Below the pieces are notes generated by a model. That model did no database searches. It was not told the DNA's origin and was given only the letters and a program-made list of their open reading frames with translations. The position numbers were made by a program, and so were the translations under genes. Source: Octopus sinensis (lineage: Eukaryota). Taken from it: 16,788 nt of DNA. Shown here in pieces: positions 11,401 to 16,788 of the stretch (the first letter of the stretch is position 1; each line of letters starts with the position of its first letter). The stretch lies in NCBI RefSeq assembly GCF_006345805.1, contig NW_021825119.1, forward strand, positions 1 through 16,788, given 5' to 3'.

Positions 11401-13344
11401 ACAGGTATGACAACAAAAGATATCGTTTTAAATATTATTTTCCCCTCGCAGTAAAACATTTATTTCAAACATAGCGTTCCAATACAAGGTTAATGCTCCC
11501 CGAAAGAATATGTAGCAAAACAGTTCCTTAACAAAGCCATAAGAGATTTTAATAAACACATAAACTAACAAATTGTAGAAAAGGAAAAAAATATATAACA
11601 TTTCAGAAGAAATAAATAAAACGTGACATTACATCAACATACTGGAAAACGACAATGATAATTGTATTCTCCCTCGAAAACATTTTCTGAATATAGTTAA
11701 AGCCCTATCGTTTGCAAGAGTACTTCGAAACAAAAAGCATTCTCAACATTTCTCGGTTAGAACAAATACATGAGATGTTTTACTTATAAGACAAGTGCCT
11801 TTATGGAACGAGGGAGGCGAAAAGTAACATTCTGGTACCTTTGCAAGGCGATGGGACGATTTTTTTTCTGATTCGTCCAAGCAGCAATCTGAAGCAATAC
11901 AGAAGTTAGTTAGGGTGAAGAATCTTCATTGAGTGTGGGAAAACGTATACTAACATATGAGTTATCTTCATACTTATGACAAAGCAAAAGCACAAACCCA
12001 GATATTACGAGATATTACATTCTTGGTCCCACAATATTTCGGACAAAGAATCAAGAGTACGACCAGCAAGGAGATGAACGGAGACGTATATTCTTGGCTC
12101 GTGGTTAATTTTATGGTGCAATATGGGTAGATGTAACTGTCGGGGATATGCGGTTTAGCGTAGTCGCTGTAGACTCGACGAAAGTTCTTTAAGAAAGCAG
12201 GCACACACACGTGCGCGCGCAAAACGAATGACCCTTGATTAATATGATGATGGAATTCCCTCAGAAAAGCAGCTCATACCCTGAGAGAGCCTGAAAAACC
12301 CTGTTGGCCGACGTTGCAACAAATACCTAATTGAAAAGGCTGAATGACATTAAAGCGAACGAGAGGAATGCTGTATTGGATAAGAAAGAGATGAAAAGGA
12401 ATTATAACCAACACACAAATGATACTGTTGGCAAAAACCACGCCACAAATGTATGTGCAACTAATCAACTGCGTTTGGTTAATTACCATAAAAGTTATGA
12501 TCGAAATCTTTTGTTTGCTTCGGTACTGCTAATTAGAAAATGATGTTCAGCTCCACACCAAAAGTACGGAGCGATTTGTTATGGGTAATTTAAGTTTGTT
12601 CTAGAACCACAATCTAAAGTTAGTTCTTAAAAGCACGAGCTTCATAAGACAAGAATCGTTGATTGTTCTGAAATCAATACAGGACGATTACATTAATACG
12701 CGCCCGATATCACAATGCTATTGTAACTTTTGCACTGTGGAATTAATATAAGATGTAATGATTTTTCTAAAATAAAATTAACGACGTTTTTTAAGCCTAT
12801 CCAAAGGTTCTTGTCGATTCTGTAGCTCCAAACATTCTCAGTACCATGTGTAATCAGAAAAAAATTATCATACTTAAAATAAAAGTAATTACTCTTAAAA
12901 CTTGGATTTAGTTAAAAATGAAAGCAATGGCTTAGGCTAACGATTAGATATCGATAAAAGAGTTTATGTATTGAAAAATATCTGGCCACGAAATCATTCT
13001 TCGATTACCAACTGACAATATCAGGAGGTGTTCACAATAACTTTTGTTCATCATCACCATTACCCACCACCACCACCACATCGACAAATAATATTAACTA
13101 TAAGCAATTTTACATCTGAAATTAATCCAATGAGCCATATTTCCGGAACACGAAAACGGGTACTCACCAACCCCCCCACACACACATATACACACACATA
13201 AGTATGTATAGCGAGTACTCATTGAATAAATGAATATATATTTATTTCAAAAATATTACGAAAGGATACTTGAAACACGAGTTAAACTTAATGCGCACGC
13301 GTTCATACATTACCATACATTCATTTGTACAGACATATTCATAC

Positions 13345-13382
13345 ATGTGTGTGTGTATGTTTGTGTGTATGTGTGTGTTTGT

Positions 13383-13445
<63 letters not shown>
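13345..13445. repeat. (GT)n microsatellite
   Basis: Directly visible. Confidence 0.95.
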
Positions 13446-13446
<1 letters not shown>

Positions 13447-14924
13447 GCGTGCGTCTGTGTTTTATTGACCAAATCTCCAAATCTGAGCCTGTTCATTTTA
13501 AACCCTAGCGTTTTACTAGAAAGTGTCTCGAAATTTAGCAATCACGGGAACTGGGTAAAAGAAATAAAATAATAATTCAAACAAAAAGAACAGCACAAAA
13601 GAGTAAGAAAAACGGGTATTAAAGACACAATAAATTACTCATATAAGATGCATTAAGTTTCCTGTTAATCAAACTCTGTAACCTACTTGTTTAATACGAA
13701 TTAACACTTTGCCTGCCCAAGTTTGTTCTAAACGCCCACACTTGTTTTCAGGTTTCTAGTTAGCCCTCGATTTAGATATTCTAATACAAAGCTTCCCTTT
13801 CAGAAATCTCAAGTTACTCCGCTGGCTGGAAAACATTTGGGAGTGTGCATTATATATAATGCATGGACACCAGGGAAGTAAGACCTGTATATCACACGTG
13901 ATAACGCATGACAAGCAACGGGTTAACATCAATTGTGATATCATCATCATCAACAATACCAGAACAGCATGAAGTTGCAACTACATGCAACATTATGATA
14001 GCCCGCCGCAGATTCCATCCGAGCTAATACCTTTTCGTGATACATGTATGACACACACTGTCGATGTAAGCTAAAACTTTGTCGACTGTAATTTTTATGA
14101 AATATTGATTGAATAAATGATCTACAAATGAGAAGACGAAGGAGATGAAGACGGAAAAATAATGCAAGAAGGACGTTAACGAGAACTATGAATGTAAATG
14201 AGGAATGGTGTAGGTGCGGAGTGTTGAGTAGATTTTCGCGGAGATAAGAATTTTTATATGGAAACAATTGTTACTTTTCGCTCTTGTAGAACAGTGCACG
14301 TGCAGTTTAATTAAAAATGTCCTTAGTTCAATGATGCATGCTGATGCATTGATAAGTCAGCGTGCTGAAAATAAGAGTCAGTAATCGCATGTACAATAAT
14401 GCACACAAGTACAATAACACACGCATACAAATATACACACGTACATACGCGCGCATGTGTAGACACATACGAAACTATGTAAAATACATCTGGTGTGTAA
14501 GTGTCTACATATTTAATCATTGTTCGGCGATAATATATCACAAGGAGTGGGGTCAAGGGAGACAATTTTATGAATTTTTGTTTTCTTATGTATTAATGGT
14601 TTCTGAGGCCAAACCCTCTGAAAGAGGAAGAAGTAGATTACATCTATATACATGTTATCAGCCAACAAAATATAATTTGAGTCAGTATAAATGGCAAATT
14701 GAAAACTCACGCTTGCTATGTTTTTCTTATAATTCAATATTTTCCAATAATGCTGAGAAATGTGCAGATTAAAGAACGCCCAAAACACAAAAAAATGAAC
14801 ATCATGCAAATGTAACGAAATTTCATTTTCACATTTCGAAATCTAAGGAAATACAAAATATATATTAAATAAATTATTTCTATATTGCGCTCCGTACTAT
14901 GTTTTATTGACCAAATCTGAGCCT
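13443..14924 (+). repeat. Dispersed direct repeat pair, ~40-48 bp (13443-13490 and 14885-14924)
   Basis: The core TGTTTTATTGACCAAATCTGAGCCT (14900-14924) recurs at 13458-13490 with an internal tandem duplication of CCAAATCT. Both copies are preceded by TTGCGC..CGT. Confidence 0.8.
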
Positions 14925-15116
14925 ATCTTCATACACGATATATATACACTTGCAGTTGGCGATTTCTTTTCCTTCTTTGAACTTTTCTCTTTCCCTTTTC
15001 CGAAGAAGAGCTATGCTCGAAACGCCAAACTCTCTATTTTCACCGAACGTCAAACTAATACATTTCCTGTGCACGTCTTCTCATTGTCTGTTAATTTTTA
15101 CTCAATTATTTGAATT

Positions 15117-15156
<40 letters not shown>

Positions 15157-15404
15157 AGAGCGAGAATGCGTATGTGTGTGTAAGATAGATAAACACAGAC
15201 TGCAGACATTATTTAGATGGGGCATAGAGTACAGATCTTAAAATTAAAAGATATATATGTATTGAAAGAACTTTATGTTATGTCTTTTCATCATATATAT
15301 ATATACTTTCTTTATTTTTGAATCTGTACTGTGTACCCCATGTAAATCATGACTCTTACTACCTCCATAACGGTTCGACTTGGATTATCTAATCGTCACT
15401 TTCG

Positions 15405-15547
15405 ACATACGTACATACACACACATATATATATATTAATATATATATATACATACATATACACACACACACATACATACATACATGTATGTATGTATGT
15501 ATGTATGTATGTATGTATATGTATGTATGTATATATATATATATATG

Positions 15548-15592
<45 letters not shown>

Positions 15593-15638
15593 GTGTATGT
15601 ATGTATGTATGTATGTATGTATGTATGTATATATATAA
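15405..15638. repeat. Compound (CA)/(TA)/(CATA)-(TATG) microsatellite
   Basis: Directly visible, including a CATA-to-TATG strand switch near 15485. Confidence 0.95.
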
Positions 15639-15830
15639 AAGAATTTTTTGCGTAATGAGATAAAAAAAACAAAGCTGTGTAGATATTAGAACATTTATAG
15701 ATAGGTTTTAAAGCTGTTTCCAGGATATCTATTAATTATATCCTGGAAACAGCTGTAAGACCTTCTATCTATAAATGTTCTAATATCTACACAGCCTTGG
15801 TTTTTTTATCTCATTATGCAAAACATTCTT
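15639..15830. repeat. Long inverted repeat (foldback): 90/93-bp arms, 9-nt loop
   Basis: The left arm 15639-15728 and the reverse complement of 15738-15830 differ by 6 substitutions and one 3-nt indel. The loop is CTATTAATT (15729-15737), and TA-rich sequence flanks both sides. Confidence 0.97.
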
Positions 15831-16141
15831 ATATACACACTCTGACATATGATCAAAGTTGAACCCCTTATTCACAGTCTATAGCACTTATCCAGCATTA
15901 ACTGACAACGTTGGGTCTCAATGACACCATTACCTCTAATAACCTATATATATCTATATATACATATCTATATCTATATATACATATATATATATATACA
16001 CAAAATTCTATTTGACAAGTTCGAGAAACGAACCAAAGCGCTAATAATAATAAGCGGTAATAATAATAAAAAGATCTTTTTCCAAAATTCTGGCGACCTT
16101 TTATCTCAATTTTCAATTTCTGTAAACCACACCTAACACTC

Positions 16142-16144
<3 letters not shown>

Positions 16145-16186
<42 letters not shown>

Positions 16187-16212
16187 ACATACATATATAC
16201 ATATATGTATGC

Positions 16213-16245
<33 letters not shown>

Positions 16246-16263
16246 CACATGCATACATACATA

Positions 16264-16321
<58 letters not shown>
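16145..16321. repeat. Compound (CA)n/(TA)n microsatellite
   Basis: Directly visible. Confidence 0.95.
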
Positions 16322-16322
<1 letters not shown>

Positions 16323-16736
16323 CTCTCTTTACTCTTTACTCTTTTACTTGTTTCAGTCATTTGACTGCGGCCATGCTGGAGCACCGCCTTTAGTCGAGCA
16401 ATCGACCCCGGGACTTATTCTTTGTAAGCCCAGTACTTATTCTATCGGTCTCTTTGCCGAACCGCTAAGTGACGGACGTAATATACCCAGCCAGCATCGG
16501 TTGTCAAGCAATGTTAGGGGGACAAACACAGACACAAAACACATACACACATATATATATATATACATATATACGACAGGCTTCTTTCAGGTTTCCGTCT
16601 ACCAAATCCACTCACAAGGCATTGGTCGGCCCGGGGCTATAGCAGAAGACACTTGCCCAGATGCCACGCAGTGGGACTGAACCGGAACCATGTGTTGGTT
16701 AGTCAAGCTACTTCACCACACGCCACCCCTGCGCCT
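16322..16736 (-). mobile_element. tRNA-derived SINE family A, full length, inserted in (TA)n
   Basis: Minus strand: AGGCGCAGGGGTGGCGTGTGGT (A box) ... GGTTCAGTCCCAC (B box), an internal microsatellite, and a 3' end TGACTGAAACAAGTAAAAGAGTAAAGAGTAAAGAGAGT with a short tandem-repeat tail. TA repeats lie on both sides, and a second copy is at 10977-11400. Confidence 0.93.
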
Positions 16737-16788
16737 ATATATATATTACACATACACACGATGCAACTTTCCACGTGCACATTGCTCA

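Noticed and set aside
11974-12222. 82-aa minus-strand ORF in non-repetitive sequence with a short hydrophobic stretch
   Set aside because: Non-ATG start, no recognisable motif, no convincing splice sites; length within chance expectation.
14337-14366. Small hairpin GCATGCTGA...TCAGCGTGC as a possible miRNA precursor
   Set aside because: The stem is only ~9 bp, too short for a pre-miRNA and within chance expectation.

Overview
AT-rich, repeat-dominated eukaryotic non-coding DNA (intron or intergenic). It is most likely from an octopus or another coleoid cephalopod; this is inferred from my recognition of the SINE and mariner families, not from a database search. I see no intact protein-coding gene: the ORF-track entries are microsatellite read-throughs, transposon relics or short unrecognisable ORFs. 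The first 2.8 kb holds three different decayed mariner (DD34D-type) elements, two of them joined head-to-head across a 6-bp TATATA. Next comes a ~3.3-kb (TA)n tract with a 160-bp island. Further on are several copies of two tRNA-derived SINE families, one with a 19-bp target-site duplication (TSD) and one dimeric and bracketed by an ~88-bp direct repeat. There is also a decayed LINE ORF1-like fragment with a CCHC knuckle and a ~45-bp direct repeat pair 1.44 kb apart. The most unusual feature is a ~190-bp foldback palindrome whose centre looks like stem II plus the 3' half of a Penelope-type minimal hammerhead ribozyme.
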